Assembly (NCBI GenBank): GCA_938003915.1
Contig: CALKWV010000061.1
Location: 5,683-69,682, forward strand
Source: an uncultured Bacillota bacterium
GTDB lineage: Bacteria > Bacillota > Clostridia > Caldicoprobacterales > UBA3941
Length of the DNA: 64,000 nucleotides
Direction: 5' to 3'
Below the pieces are notes generated by a model. That model was not told the origin of the DNA. It did not search any database and saw nothing but the letters and a program-made list of their open reading frames with translations. This document shows positions 32,294 to 41,845 of the stretch, one piece after another. Every line of letters begins with the position of its first letter. Within the stretch, counting starts at the first letter, position 1. Both the position numbers and the translations under genes were made by a program.

Positions 32294-32448
32294 TTAATAT
32301 TTATTACTGTACAAATTGGAAACGCACCTGATGCTTAGTATAAAGAGAGCTTCAATATCTTCAGTAGTAAGTTCGGTGATTTTTAACAAAATCTTGTTCT
32401 AAGAATAGAATATTAATCAATAACCTACAATTGTATATATTTAGACTC

Positions 32449-32464
32449 ATTATCAATTGAGAAT
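32449..32464. promoter_or_regulatory. ATTATCAATTGAGAAT box, distal copy of a repeated AT-rich semi-palindrome upstream of the CDF transporter
   Basis: Shares ATTATCAATT with the reverse complement of the box at 32561-32576. Confidence 0.3.
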
Positions 32465-32515
32465 AATAATTGTTTGCGCAATAAATTACAAAAGTATTAA
32501 ATTCTTCGGATTTTG

Positions 32516-32544
32516 TTGTGTTCTGCAAAACTTCTAAATATAAT
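32516..32544 (+). promoter_or_regulatory. Candidate promoter of the CDF transporter gene (TTGTGT - 17 nt - TATAAT)
   Basis: TTGTGTtctgcaaaacttctaaaTATAAT lies about 45 nt upstream of the ATG. Confidence 0.4.
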
Positions 32545-32560
32545 ATATGTATCTGTGTGT

Positions 32561-32576
32561 ATTATTAATTGATAAT
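32561..32576. promoter_or_regulatory. Near-palindrome ATTATTAATTGATAAT between promoter and RBS of the CDF gene (candidate metalloregulator operator)
   Basis: 14 of 16 positions are self-complementary. It contains a TGATAAT half-site like Fur-family boxes. Confidence 0.35.
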
Positions 32577-32588
32577 GAGGTTGTTTAA

Positions 32589-33452
32589 ATGAAAGACCGT
32601 TATATGGTGGGAGAAACCGCTGCATATATTACTATAATTATAAATATAATCCTTGCTATTTTTAAAGTAGTTTCAGCCATAATAGCCGATAGTACAGCTA
32701 TGTTGGCCGACGCAGCTCATACAGCTTCTGATATATTGACTACAGTAGCTGTAATTATTAGCTTTAAAATTGCTAAAAAACCAGAAGATTGTGAACATCC
32801 CTATGGACATGAAAAAGCAGAATCTATTGGTGCAAAGATAGTTGCTCTACTTCTACTCTTTACAGGCTTCAGTATTGGCTGGAAATCCATAAGTACTATA
32901 GGTAAATCCCAAATTATCATCCCTGGCAAATTGGCGTTATACGCAGCTCTTAGCTCTATTTTAATAAAAGAAGCCATGTTTTGGTATACTTTCATTATAG
33001 CTAAAAAGATCAATAGTACTGCTCTAAAGGCAGACGCATGGCATCATAGATCTGACGCTATATCTTCAGTTGCAACCCTAATAGGAATAGCTGCAGCTAG
33101 GATGGGTTTTCCTCTCGGTGATGCTATCTCAGCTATTATTGTTTCTATTATGATATGTAAAGTAGCATTGGATATTCTAAAAAAGTCTATTAGAGAATTG
33201 ATGGATTCATCTGCACCTCCCGAAACCATCAATTCTCTTAGACAATATATTGAATCTGTTCCTGGCGTAAAGGGAATAGACAGTCTTAAAACCCGAATCC
33301 ATGGTAACAAGATATATGCTGATGTAGAAATTAAAGTGGATAAATCTATTTCTGTATCCGAAGGTCATGACATTGCTAAAGAAGTTGAGAATACAGTTAT
33401 AGCCAATATGAAGAATATCAAAGGGATAATGGTACACATCCATCCCTATTGA
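32589..33452 (+). CDS. Cation diffusion facilitator (CDF) family metal efflux transporter
   Basis: 287 aa. Six TM segments with metal-site motifs AAHTASD and WHHRSD, plus a C-terminal cytoplasmic domain. Confidence 0.8.
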   Translation: MKDRYMVGETAAYITIIINIILAIFKVVSAIIADSTAMLADAAHTASDILTTVAVIISFKIAKKPEDCEHPYGHEKAESIGAKIVALLLLFTGFSIGWKSISTIGKSQIIIPGKLALYAALSSILIKEAMFWYTFIIAKKINSTALKADAWHHRSDAISSVATLIGIAAARMGFPLGDAISAIIVSIMICKVALDILKKSIRELMDSSAPPETINSLRQYIESVPGVKGIDSLKTRIHGNKIYADVEIKVDKSISVSEGHDIAKEVENTVIANMKNIKGIMVHIHPY

Positions 33453-33455
33453 AAA

Positions 33456-34622
33456 TTATTTTATTTGTTTTCCTCTACAAAACACCATTTGGGCCTGAAT
33501 ATTATTATCCAGCACTACCAAATCCGCCCTTTTCCCAACCTCTATGGAACCAATTTTATCATCCAATCCTAATAACCTAGCTGGATTGGTGGAAGCCATA
33601 ACCACAGCATGCTCCAGGCTTACACCAGCATATTTTACTACATTTCTAACTCCATCCATAAGGCTTATAATGCTTCCGGCTATGGTCCCATCTTCCTGTT
33701 TGGCAACACCGTCCCTTATATATATTCTAAAACCGCCAAAAGCATATTCCCCGCTCTCAAGGCCTGCAGCATGCATTGAATCTGTAACCAATACTACCTT
33801 ATCGTAGCCTTTTGCTTTAATTACCATTTCCACTACGGCTGGATGAACATGAATTCCATCGGAAATTACCTCTACCAAAGCATCGCTAACAAGAGCTCCT
33901 CCTACTGCTCCCGGCTCCCTATGATGAAGTCCTCTCATTGCATTAAATAAATGGGTAAATATAGATGCACCAGCTTTAATTCCCTCTAAAGTCATTTCAT
34001 AATCTCCATCGGTATGACCTATTCCTACTGTGCCACCGTTATGGGATATATATTTTATAAATTCTAGTCCACCTTCTATTTCCGGAGCTACGGTTATGTG
34101 TATCTTAAGGTCACCTAATATTTCTCTATAATCGTCAAAATCAGATGTTTCAGGTGTGGTGATCCAATTGGGATCGTGTGCACCTTTTCTTTTTGGATTT
34201 ATAAACGGTCCTTCAATATGAACCCCCTCTATAGAGGCGCCGCTGCTTTCCTCCATATTCTTAGCCTGTCGTATATTTCTTAGGATTTCCTTTACCTGCT
34301 CTTTTTCAGTAGTAATGGTTGTGGGTAAAAAGGAAGTTACACCATTTTGGGCATAATATTTAGTAAGCTCACAGATTTGATCTGGAGATGAGGCACTTAC
34401 ATCATAGCCTATAGCTCCATGGGTATGTATATCCAAAAGCCCAGGAATTACCTTTTTCCCTTTTAGGTCTAAAATCCGATTTTCTTCACCGTCTTTTTCA
34501 TGATAACATGCCGCCTCTTCCTTGCTCACTATGCATTTTATTGTATCATCTTCAATATATATATCTCCTTCTTCGAATTTCCCATCTGGTGATAGGTATA
34601 ATCCATTTTTTAATATAAGCAC
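33456..34622 (-). CDS. nagA: N-acetylglucosamine-6-phosphate deacetylase
   Basis: 388 aa. Amidohydrolase motifs GLLDIHTHG, EGPFINP and THLFNAM. Confidence 0.85.
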   Translation of the reverse strand: MLILKNGLYLSPDGKFEEGDIYIEDDTIKCIVSKEEAACYHEKDGEENRILDLKGKKVIPGLLDIHTHGAIGYDVSASSPDQICELTKYYAQNGVTSFLPTTITTEKEQVKEILRNIRQAKNMEESSGASIEGVHIEGPFINPKRKGAHDPNWITTPETSDFDDYREILGDLKIHITVAPEIEGGLEFIKYISHNGGTVGIGHTDGDYEMTLEGIKAGASIFTHLFNAMRGLHHREPGAVGGALVSDALVEVISDGIHVHPAVVEMVIKAKGYDKVVLVTDSMHAAGLESGEYAFGGFRIYIRDGVAKQEDGTIAGSIISLMDGVRNVVKYAGVSLEHAVVMASTNPARLLGLDDKIGSIEVGKRADLVVLDNNIQAQMVFCRGKQIK

Positions 34623-34643
34623 ATTTTCCTCCTTATTAGTACG

Positions 34644-36068
34644 TCAATCTAATTCACTGCTCTCTACTATAGGCAGGCTAAAGGATATAGTTGTACCCTG
34701 CCCTGGACTACTTTCAGCCCATATTCTGCCTCCATGATCCTCTATTATACTTTTGCATATAGCCAATCCCAAACCAGAACCCCCATAATTTCTTGACCTT
34801 GACTTTTCGCCCCTATAAAACAACTCAAAGATATGGGGGAGATCTTCTTGAGCAATGCCCATTCCATTATCCTTTACGGATATTATGAGTTCTTCTTTTT
34901 CTTTAACCGCAGATACCCTTATCTGGCCATTGCTAGCTACATATCTGCTTGCGTTCTGTATTATATTGTCCATTACCTGGGAAATTCTTTTCATATCTAC
35001 TTTCACCTTTACTGATGCAAAAGGACGCTCCTTTATAATCTCTAAATGGCTATCTTCCCAGTCTAAGGATATATAGTGCAGCATATCCTCTAACATTGCT
35101 CTACTATCCATTATTTCAAAGTCCATCTTTAATCTTCCCAAATCCATTTGTGAAAAGAGAAAAAGATCATCTATTAAACTGTCTAATCTATCGGTTTTAT
35201 CCTTTATAACCTGCAGATAGCGCTTAAACTGAGCTTCATCCCTAGCTATATCATCTTGCAAGGCCTCTACATAGCCCTTTATAGATGATATTGGAGTGCG
35301 TAAATCGTGGGAAATAATCCCTATCATCTCTTTACGCTGCCTTTCAGATTCAATTTGCTGTTCTATAGATTTTTTGAGCTTATCCCTCATGGTCTCAAAA
35401 GCCCGGCAAAGACGACCTAGCTCGTCATTCTTTTTATATTTTATGGTAAAATCTAGGTTTCCTTCAGCTATACTTTCAGTGGCCTTGTTTAATTCTTTTA
35501 AAGGAACTAGGATACTTCTGGATATTGTTTGAGACAGTATAACAATAAATAAAATAAGAGTAGCCAGTCCAAAAATATAGCTGCCACTAAAATGGTATAC
35601 AACCTTTCGAGCAATGTCTACCGGCATTATATTAATATCATAATCTATTATCACTCTTCCAACGACTTTTTGTCCCTTTTTTATATCAGTAGAATAAGAA
35701 TATTTGGTTAGGCTAAAAATACTTGTATCAGGTGCCAAGGTATCCTCTATTGCATTATGCCACAACTCTGACGAATCATATAAAATACTTGCCGTAGAAT
35801 CCATTACTCTAACTCTGCCATCAAACTCTTCTATTATAGGCCTAATTATACTGTCCATAACTTCATAATCATCTATTATATGGAAGTTATCTTCTACTGC
35901 TTCAATAACCTTTTGGAAATTGGCATTGAGACTATTGAATTTTACTATTTCTGGATCCCGGTCCAGTTTATTTATCATTATGTTCATCATAATAAAGGTA
36001 CTGACTATAGGCCCTATAACTACCAGGGCAAAAGCAATTACTAATTTTGTACGAATTCCTAGTTGCAT
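34644..36068 (-). CDS. Sensor histidine kinase (two TM segments, extracytoplasmic loop, HAMP, HisKA, HATPase_c)
   Basis: 474 aa. H-box ISHDLRTPISSIKGY, N/G boxes NIIQNASRY, DNGMGI and GGSGLGLAICK. TM1 is around residues 8-30 and TM2 around residues 160-185. Confidence 0.85.
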   Translation of the reverse strand: MQLGIRTKLVIAFALVVIGPIVSTFIMMNIMINKLDRDPEIVKFNSLNANFQKVIEAVEDNFHIIDDYEVMDSIIRPIIEEFDGRVRVMDSTASILYDSSELWHNAIEDTLAPDTSIFSLTKYSYSTDIKKGQKVVGRVIIDYDINIMPVDIARKVVYHFSGSYIFGLATLILFIVILSQTISRSILVPLKELNKATESIAEGNLDFTIKYKKNDELGRLCRAFETMRDKLKKSIEQQIESERQRKEMIGIISHDLRTPISSIKGYVEALQDDIARDEAQFKRYLQVIKDKTDRLDSLIDDLFLFSQMDLGRLKMDFEIMDSRAMLEDMLHYISLDWEDSHLEIIKERPFASVKVKVDMKRISQVMDNIIQNASRYVASNGQIRVSAVKEKEELIISVKDNGMGIAQEDLPHIFELFYRGEKSRSRNYGGSGLGLAICKSIIEDHGGRIWAESSPGQGTTISFSLPIVESSELD

Positions 36069-36070
36069 AC

Positions 36071-36763
36071 TTATTCACCTACAAACTTATAGCCTACTCC
36101 CCAAATAGTTTGAATGTATACTGGGTTGGATGGATCCTCCTCCAACTTTTCTCTAAGCTTTCTTACATGGACAGCAACGGTATTTATATCCCCATAGTTT
36201 TGATAGCCCCAAACATGATCAAAAATCTCATCCCTGGTTAAAACCTTGTTGGGGTTCATGGCAAAAAACTTAAGTACTTCAAATTCCTTTGCGGACAAAA
36301 GAACTTCTTTGCCCCTTACTTTAACACTATGACTGCTAATATCTATGATTAGATCTTTGAAAATTAATTTATCCTTTTTGTCTAGGGTTGGGGACATTTG
36401 ATAATATCGCCTAAAATGAGCTTTAACCCTAGCCACCAATTCTTTAGGGCTAAAGGGCTTGGTAATATAGTCATCAGCACCTAGTCCCAACCCCCAGATT
36501 TTGTCCTCTTCACTTTTTTTGGCACTTAACATTAGAATGGGTATATTGGATTCCTTTCTAATACTTCTACATACCTGGATTCCATCAACTTTTGGCAACA
36601 TAATATCCAAAATAGCCATGTTGGGTTTATGTTTTTTCCAACTTTCTATAGCTTCTTGCCCATCAAATGCCAATATCACTTCATAACCTGCCGCTTCAAG
36701 ATAATCTCTAACTAATTCGGCAATTTCTTTTTCATCGTCCACCACCAATATCTTTTCTTTCAT
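36071..36763 (-). CDS. OmpR-family response regulator
   Basis: The receiver domain (ILVVDDE, DIMLPKVDG, KSEE, DDYITKPF) is followed by a winged-helix output (LTRDEIFDHVWG..IQTIWGVGYKF). Start taken as ATG 36763 (MKEKILVVDD). The track start is TTG 36790. Confidence 0.85.
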   Translation of the reverse strand: MKEKILVVDDEKEIAELVRDYLEAAGYEVILAFDGQEAIESWKKHKPNMAILDIMLPKVDGIQVCRSIRKESNIPILMLSAKKSEEDKIWGLGLGADDYITKPFSPKELVARVKAHFRRYYQMSPTLDKKDKLIFKDLIIDISSHSVKVRGKEVLLSAKEFEVLKFFAMNPNKVLTRDEIFDHVWGYQNYGDINTVAVHVRKLREKLEEDPSNPVYIQTIWGVGYKFVGE

Positions 36764-36790
36764 GTCAATTCCTTGCCCCTTCTTACTCAA

Positions 36791-38125
36791 TTATATATAT
36801 GGATTTCCATTTTTCTTTAATAACTTATCTGCTAATTTATGGACTTTTTTATCTTCTATATCCTTTAGTCCATATCTAATTCTATCATATGTGTCAATTA
36901 AATCATCTATATTGTCATCTTGCTTGCCTATCCAATCTTGGATATCTTTGCTAGTCTCATTAGGAGTTAGATAATTTTTATATGTATAGCCTTCCTTCAT
37001 ATATTTTAAGATTAAATTTCTATACAAATAGCGTATCCTTTGATGATTATCCACCAATTCCTCCCACTTGGGCTCCCTTTCCATAAGCTTTTTAATCCAT
37101 TGGTGAAACCTATCCATATAACCCCTGCCTATATCAGCTAATCCCATAAGGTTTTCCTTTTCATCTATATATCCTGTATCTTCATGAAAAGATAATCTAT
37201 CCTTTAAAATATTCAATAGATAATTATAAAGTTTTTTGCTTAGCTTATAAAGCGCCTTAAGCCCAAGTAACAGTAAAATAAGGATGACTATACCGGCAAT
37301 AATAGTAGCTAAAACTTCTAATAGCTTCAGTATCCAGGAGGGATCTTCCGCTGGTGGAAGCAGCATATCCATGGAATCCTGTCCAGAGGGACCATTATCA
37401 GTAATAGGTTGATACATTAAAGTTGTTAAATAGTCAATAATGCGAATAATTAGTCTGAACAATCTTTTGATAAGCTCAGTTATCCCCTTTCTCAGCTTAT
37501 TAAAATTACTAACTATTGCTATAAATACCATGGTTAATAGTACTAAAAGCTTATTGTTTTTTAGAATATTAGAAGAAAGGATAGGTTTTTTTCCCTCCTC
37601 GGGAAGAGAGGCAGCTTTTATGTGCATGCTGTTGATAGTAAATAAGATGATTATGGTATAAATAAGACCTGCCCAAGCTATATAGATAAAGTAAGGCTGT
37701 AGATTAGGAGCTAAGCTATAGATAGCCCCTCCTATTAAATATAAAAACAATCCTGTCCACAATACAGTAGTTGGTAGCATCTCAATCCAAGAATTGCCGG
37801 AAAAACGAATCCCCCTATCCAGTATTACACATCCCAATAAAATAATAAGGATAATAACAAATATATTATCTGTTATAAGCCATGCTATAAAAGAAGTTAT
37901 CAATAACTCACTGATAAAATGGACATATCTTGGCCTCTTCAATATGTATCTGCCTAGTATTAATCCTATTAAATAGAAGAAAATTAGACTGCCTGTCCAA
38001 ATCCATACATCTTGAGGAATGAGTATTATACCAATGGAAAAAATGACAGGGAAAAGAGCCAGAATTTCCAATATGCCTTGGAACCATTTTTTTAATATCT
38101 TACCAAATTCTGATTTCTTATACAT
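36791..38125 (-). CDS. Polytopic membrane protein with C-terminal DUF4129-like domain (third member of MoxR/DUF58 module)
   Basis: 444 aa with about 7 hydrophobic segments. The C-terminal soluble part (..YLYRNLILKYMKEGYTYKNYLTPNETSKDIQDWI..YDRIRYG) resembles DUF4129. I could not find a transglutaminase Cys-His-Asp core. Confidence 0.55.
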   Translation of the reverse strand: MYKKSEFGKILKKWFQGILEILALFPVIFSIGIILIPQDVWIWTGSLIFFYLIGLILGRYILKRPRYVHFISELLITSFIAWLITDNIFVIILIILLGCVILDRGIRFSGNSWIEMLPTTVLWTGLFLYLIGGAIYSLAPNLQPYFIYIAWAGLIYTIIILFTINSMHIKAASLPEEGKKPILSSNILKNNKLLVLLTMVFIAIVSNFNKLRKGITELIKRLFRLIIRIIDYLTTLMYQPITDNGPSGQDSMDMLLPPAEDPSWILKLLEVLATIIAGIVILILLLLGLKALYKLSKKLYNYLLNILKDRLSFHEDTGYIDEKENLMGLADIGRGYMDRFHQWIKKLMEREPKWEELVDNHQRIRYLYRNLILKYMKEGYTYKNYLTPNETSKDIQDWIGKQDDNIDDLIDTYDRIRYGLKDIEDKKVHKLADKLLKKNGNPYI

Positions 38126-39227
38126 GACTGACCCCCTCTTGTGAGGATCTTGTTAACAATAGTATTTCAACAGAGTTACCCATATCCTCCAATTGCTTTA
38201 TTTGATTTTGCATGCGTTCTGAAACATATGGAGTTATAAATAAGTAATCCATAGATCCTGAAAAAGTTCCCGTTGCTCTATACCTTATATCCTCTTCAAG
38301 AAATGTATAAAAGGTAATCCTCCTATCTATAACAAGCTTAGCCATAGTATCAAATAATAGAATTAATTGCTCCTCCCCGCCTCGTGGTAAAATCCGTACC
38401 GGCTGCTCCGGTTCATCTATCAGATAACCATTAGTTCCAAAACCTGTATCTATTCCTTGGGATATGGCATGGTTGGCAATAGAAGCAGCATAAGAAATCC
38501 CTTTTTCTATAAGCTCAGGCTCAGTAATAGCACCCCACATTTCTTCACTCACATCCATATTCAAGTATATCATTATCCTGGGGTCTGCTGTATAGTCCCT
38601 TTTATGAACCTGTAAATTTCCTGTGCGAGCTGTAGCTTTCCAATTTATACTGTTTAGTGGATCGCCAGGGGAATATTCCCTAACTCCCGCATACATAAAA
38701 GGATCATCTATTATCCACCTTTTCACTACAACATCCCCCATCCAGCTTCGTGATGGGAAGGGGATTTCATCCAAAGGCGCTAGTGTGGGATAAACCAAGA
38801 GCTGGGCATCCAGCTCATAAACTTGTGTTATTTCTTGAAAGCCAAATAAATCACCACAAGTTAAAGCCGCAGAGTTTAATCTATAGCATCCTCTTTTCTT
38901 ACATTTTATTTTATGCCTCCTATTAATGGCGGTGTAGGGCATTAGACTAAACAGACTTTTATGAAATTGCTCATGTTTTATATCTAAATTAAATTGTTTT
39001 TGGAATTCAAGATTCTCACTAATCTTGGACTCGATTCTTAACCAGGGCACAGGAATAATTTTCTTATTACTAATCCTTTCAACCATCTCTATCTCTTGTC
39101 CCTCAAAAGCTCTGTAAACACTAAAAAATCTGTCATAGCTGATACCTTTTAAAGCCCATTTTCTAGTTATCCATGCCTGTAATAATATTATCATTAGGGC
39201 AACAAATATTATCCAGTGTATTCTCAT
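38118..39227 (-). CDS. DUF58-domain protein (vWA-like, MoxR partner)
   Basis: 369 aa. N-terminal TM segment. DUF58 signature VREYSPGDPLNSINWKATARTGNLQVHKRDYTADPRIMIYLNMD. ATGA overlap with the moxR stop. Confidence 0.75.
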   Translation of the reverse strand: MRIHWIIFVALMIILLQAWITRKWALKGISYDRFFSVYRAFEGQEIEMVERISNKKIIPVPWLRIESKISENLEFQKQFNLDIKHEQFHKSLFSLMPYTAINRRHKIKCKKRGCYRLNSAALTCGDLFGFQEITQVYELDAQLLVYPTLAPLDEIPFPSRSWMGDVVVKRWIIDDPFMYAGVREYSPGDPLNSINWKATARTGNLQVHKRDYTADPRIMIYLNMDVSEEMWGAITEPELIEKGISYAASIANHAISQGIDTGFGTNGYLIDEPEQPVRILPRGGEEQLILLFDTMAKLVIDRRITFYTFLEEDIRYRATGTFSGSMDYLFITPYVSERMQNQIKQLEDMGNSVEILLLTRSSQEGVSHV

Positions 39228-40198
39228 AGTTTCGCTCCTTGCTCAGAAGGTATATTCTCTGCGGGTACCGGTACAGCTTTTAATATTTGTTCTATTACAT
39301 TGTCTAACTGTCCTTCTCTTTTTCCCATAACATTACGCAATATTATTCTGTGCCCCAGAACCGGTTTGACCATCTCTTTAATATCGTCAGGAGCAACAAA
39401 GTCCCTACCCCGTAATATTGCACAAACTTGAGCAGCTTTAAGTAAGGCTTGACTTCCCCGTGGACTTACTCCCAAGATTACATCGCTGTGCTGCCTGGTC
39501 ATTTCTACTATCCTAACTATATAACGCAGCATGTCATGACTTACAAAAACTTTAGAATAGTTTTGTTGGGCTTCAATTATCTCCTCCCTAGTAGCAACAG
39601 CCTCTATCTCTGCTAAAGGATTGTCTTCCTTAAATCTTCTGAGAATTTCTATTCCCTCATCTGTATCAGGATAACCCATATCCACTTTGATTAAGAATCT
39701 ATCTAGCTGTGCCTCCGGCAACGGGAAGGTTCCCTGAGTCTCCACTGGATTTTGTGTAGCTATGACCATAAAGGGCTGCTCTAAAATTCTGGTCTCGCCG
39801 TCAACAGTTACTTGTCTTTCTTCCATGCATTCTAATAAACTGGATTGAGTTCTAGGAGTAGCCCTATTTATTTCATCAGCTAATAATATATTTGTAAAAA
39901 CAGGACCTGGGCGAAACTCAAATTCTCCTGCCTTTTGATTATAATAATTTATACCACTTAAATCACTAGGCAATAAATCTGGTGTGAACTGTACCCTTTT
40001 GAACGAGCAATCCAAGGATTTCGCCAGGGATTTAGCAAGCATGGTCTTTCCCGTCCCAGGTACATCCTCCAATAACACATGACCGGATGAAATTAAAGAT
40101 ATAATGAGCAAATCAATTACATGATCCTTACCTACTATAACCTTTTTTATGTTATCTTTTATTCTCTTTGCCACATTACGAATTTTATCTAGCTCCAT
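39224..40198 (-). CDS. MoxR-family AAA+ ATPase
   Basis: 324 aa. Walker A EDVPGTGKTMLAKSLA, Walker B ILLADEINRATPRTQSSLLE, and MoxR-type C-terminal lid. Confidence 0.85.
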   Translation of the reverse strand: MELDKIRNVAKRIKDNIKKVIVGKDHVIDLLIISLISSGHVLLEDVPGTGKTMLAKSLAKSLDCSFKRVQFTPDLLPSDLSGINYYNQKAGEFEFRPGPVFTNILLADEINRATPRTQSSLLECMEERQVTVDGETRILEQPFMVIATQNPVETQGTFPLPEAQLDRFLIKVDMGYPDTDEGIEILRRFKEDNPLAEIEAVATREEIIEAQQNYSKVFVSHDMLRYIVRIVEMTRQHSDVILGVSPRGSQALLKAAQVCAILRGRDFVAPDDIKEMVKPVLGHRIILRNVMGKREGQLDNVIEQILKAVPVPAENIPSEQGAKL

Positions 40199-40392
40199 TT
40201 AACTATCCCACCTTATAAATTATTTTTTGCTATATATAGTTATATAGAAAATATTCTTTAAAACTAATAAAATCCCTTTAAAATTCTTTCTTTATTGACA
40301 GATTTATCTACCTTCTTTTTTTAAAATATATTATACTAATATTTATGAATTTAACAGGCCTGCCTAATAGTCATTATAAACGGAGGTACAAT

Positions 40393-41553
40393 ATGGGAAA
40401 AGAAAATCAACAATATCGGATTCCTTTATATTATTTAGTTACTAGCTTGTTTTGGTTTTCACTTTATGCCTATGTACCCAACTTATCTATTTACGCAGAA
40501 AGTTTAGGGGCATCTTATAAACTAATAGGTCTTATATTAAGTTCCTATGGCTTTACTCAAATGATACTTAGGATACCTTTAGGCATATATTCAGATACTA
40601 TTAATAAGCGTAAGATTTTTATTTTAATGGGCATGTTTTCTTCTTTCATTAGTGCTTTAGGCATGGGGCTAATACATAAGCCCTGGGCACTCCTATTTTT
40701 TAGGGGGTTAAGTGGCGTTGCTGCTGCGGTTTGGGTTCCATTTACCGTTCTCTTTTCCAGCTATTTTACCTCTGGAGATTCTTCCATGGCAATGGGGTAT
40801 ATAAACTCCTTCAATGCACTAGGTCAAATGCTTGCCATGCTTTTGGGAGGAATAATGGCAGAGAAAATTTCTCCACAAGCTCCTTTTTTCTTAGCAGCAG
40901 GAGTTGCCGCCTTAGCCCTTCTATTAGGTACAGGAATTGTAGAAAAGAAAGAAAGCAGGGAGCCAATGAAGATAAGGGAGCTGCTATTAGTAGGTAGAGA
41001 TAAAAATGTTTTAATCCCTTCTGCTTTAGCTGTTTTAGTACAGCTTATTACCTTCGCATCCGTTTATGGTTTTACTCCCATAGCGGCTCAAAAAATTGGT
41101 GCCAACGAAATGCAAACTGGCCTACTTACTACTTTATCCACCCTTCCTGGTATCTTGGCATCAGCCATGAGCGGTTCGGTTTTTGCTAGAAAATATGGAG
41201 AGAGAAAGACCCTAACCCTTGGCTTTTTGGCTATGGCACTATCCTGTGCTGTTATTCCTAGCATAAAAAATCTTGTCCCACTATACCTTTCCCAAATGGT
41301 AGGCGGATTTGCTAGAGGCGCAATTTTTTCTCTGCTTATGAGCCTTAGCATACAGTCTGTAATACCCCATAAGCGAGCCACTGCCATGGGCTTCTTCCAA
41401 GCCATATATGGACTAGGTATGTTTTTAGGTCCTATTCTAGTAGGAATTATAAGCGATCTCCTTGGACTTTCATGGGGATTCTGGATAGTAGCTTTAATGG
41501 GTACCATAGCTGCTTTACTTGCTTATATTCTCGTTAAACCCTCTTATGATTAG
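40393..41553 (+). CDS. MFS transporter
   Basis: About 12 TM segments with the MFS loop motif IPLGIYSDTINKRK. Start taken as ATG 40393, which has GGAGG 6 nt upstream. The track start is 40345. Confidence 0.75.
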   Translation: MGKENQQYRIPLYYLVTSLFWFSLYAYVPNLSIYAESLGASYKLIGLILSSYGFTQMILRIPLGIYSDTINKRKIFILMGMFSSFISALGMGLIHKPWALLFFRGLSGVAAAVWVPFTVLFSSYFTSGDSSMAMGYINSFNALGQMLAMLLGGIMAEKISPQAPFFLAAGVAALALLLGTGIVEKKESREPMKIRELLLVGRDKNVLIPSALAVLVQLITFASVYGFTPIAAQKIGANEMQTGLLTTLSTLPGILASAMSGSVFARKYGERKTLTLGFLAMALSCAVIPSIKNLVPLYLSQMVGGFARGAIFSLLMSLSIQSVIPHKRATAMGFFQAIYGLGMFLGPILVGIISDLLGLSWGFWIVALMGTIAALLAYILVKPSYD

Positions 41554-41845
41554 AATTTCTGATTAGTTATAAATCCAAAAGTTGCACATAGTCAAAATCT
41601 TGTTCTTTTCTAGTATATATGTTAAACTTAGATACATAAAAAATATATATTAATGTGTATATAATTAGCTTACTTTACTGGTTAAGCCGTTATCAACAAA
41701 ATTATTTAGACTCTTAGATGTATTAAATTAAATGCTAAAAAGAACTGCTAATAACCATTATGATTTTGAATGATAACTGCTTAACTGACTAAGTAAATTA
41801 TATTAATATTTATATTTTATAATATTTTTGAGAGGAATGTACAAC

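Noticed and set aside
41672-41800. Long-range imperfect inverted repeat (ttactt..ttaagc / gcttaa..aagtaa) upstream of the exported-protein gene, considered as a structured RNA
   Set aside because: The arms are short (6 bp each) and interrupted, and they lie in very AT-rich sequence. This is not distinguishable from chance by eye.
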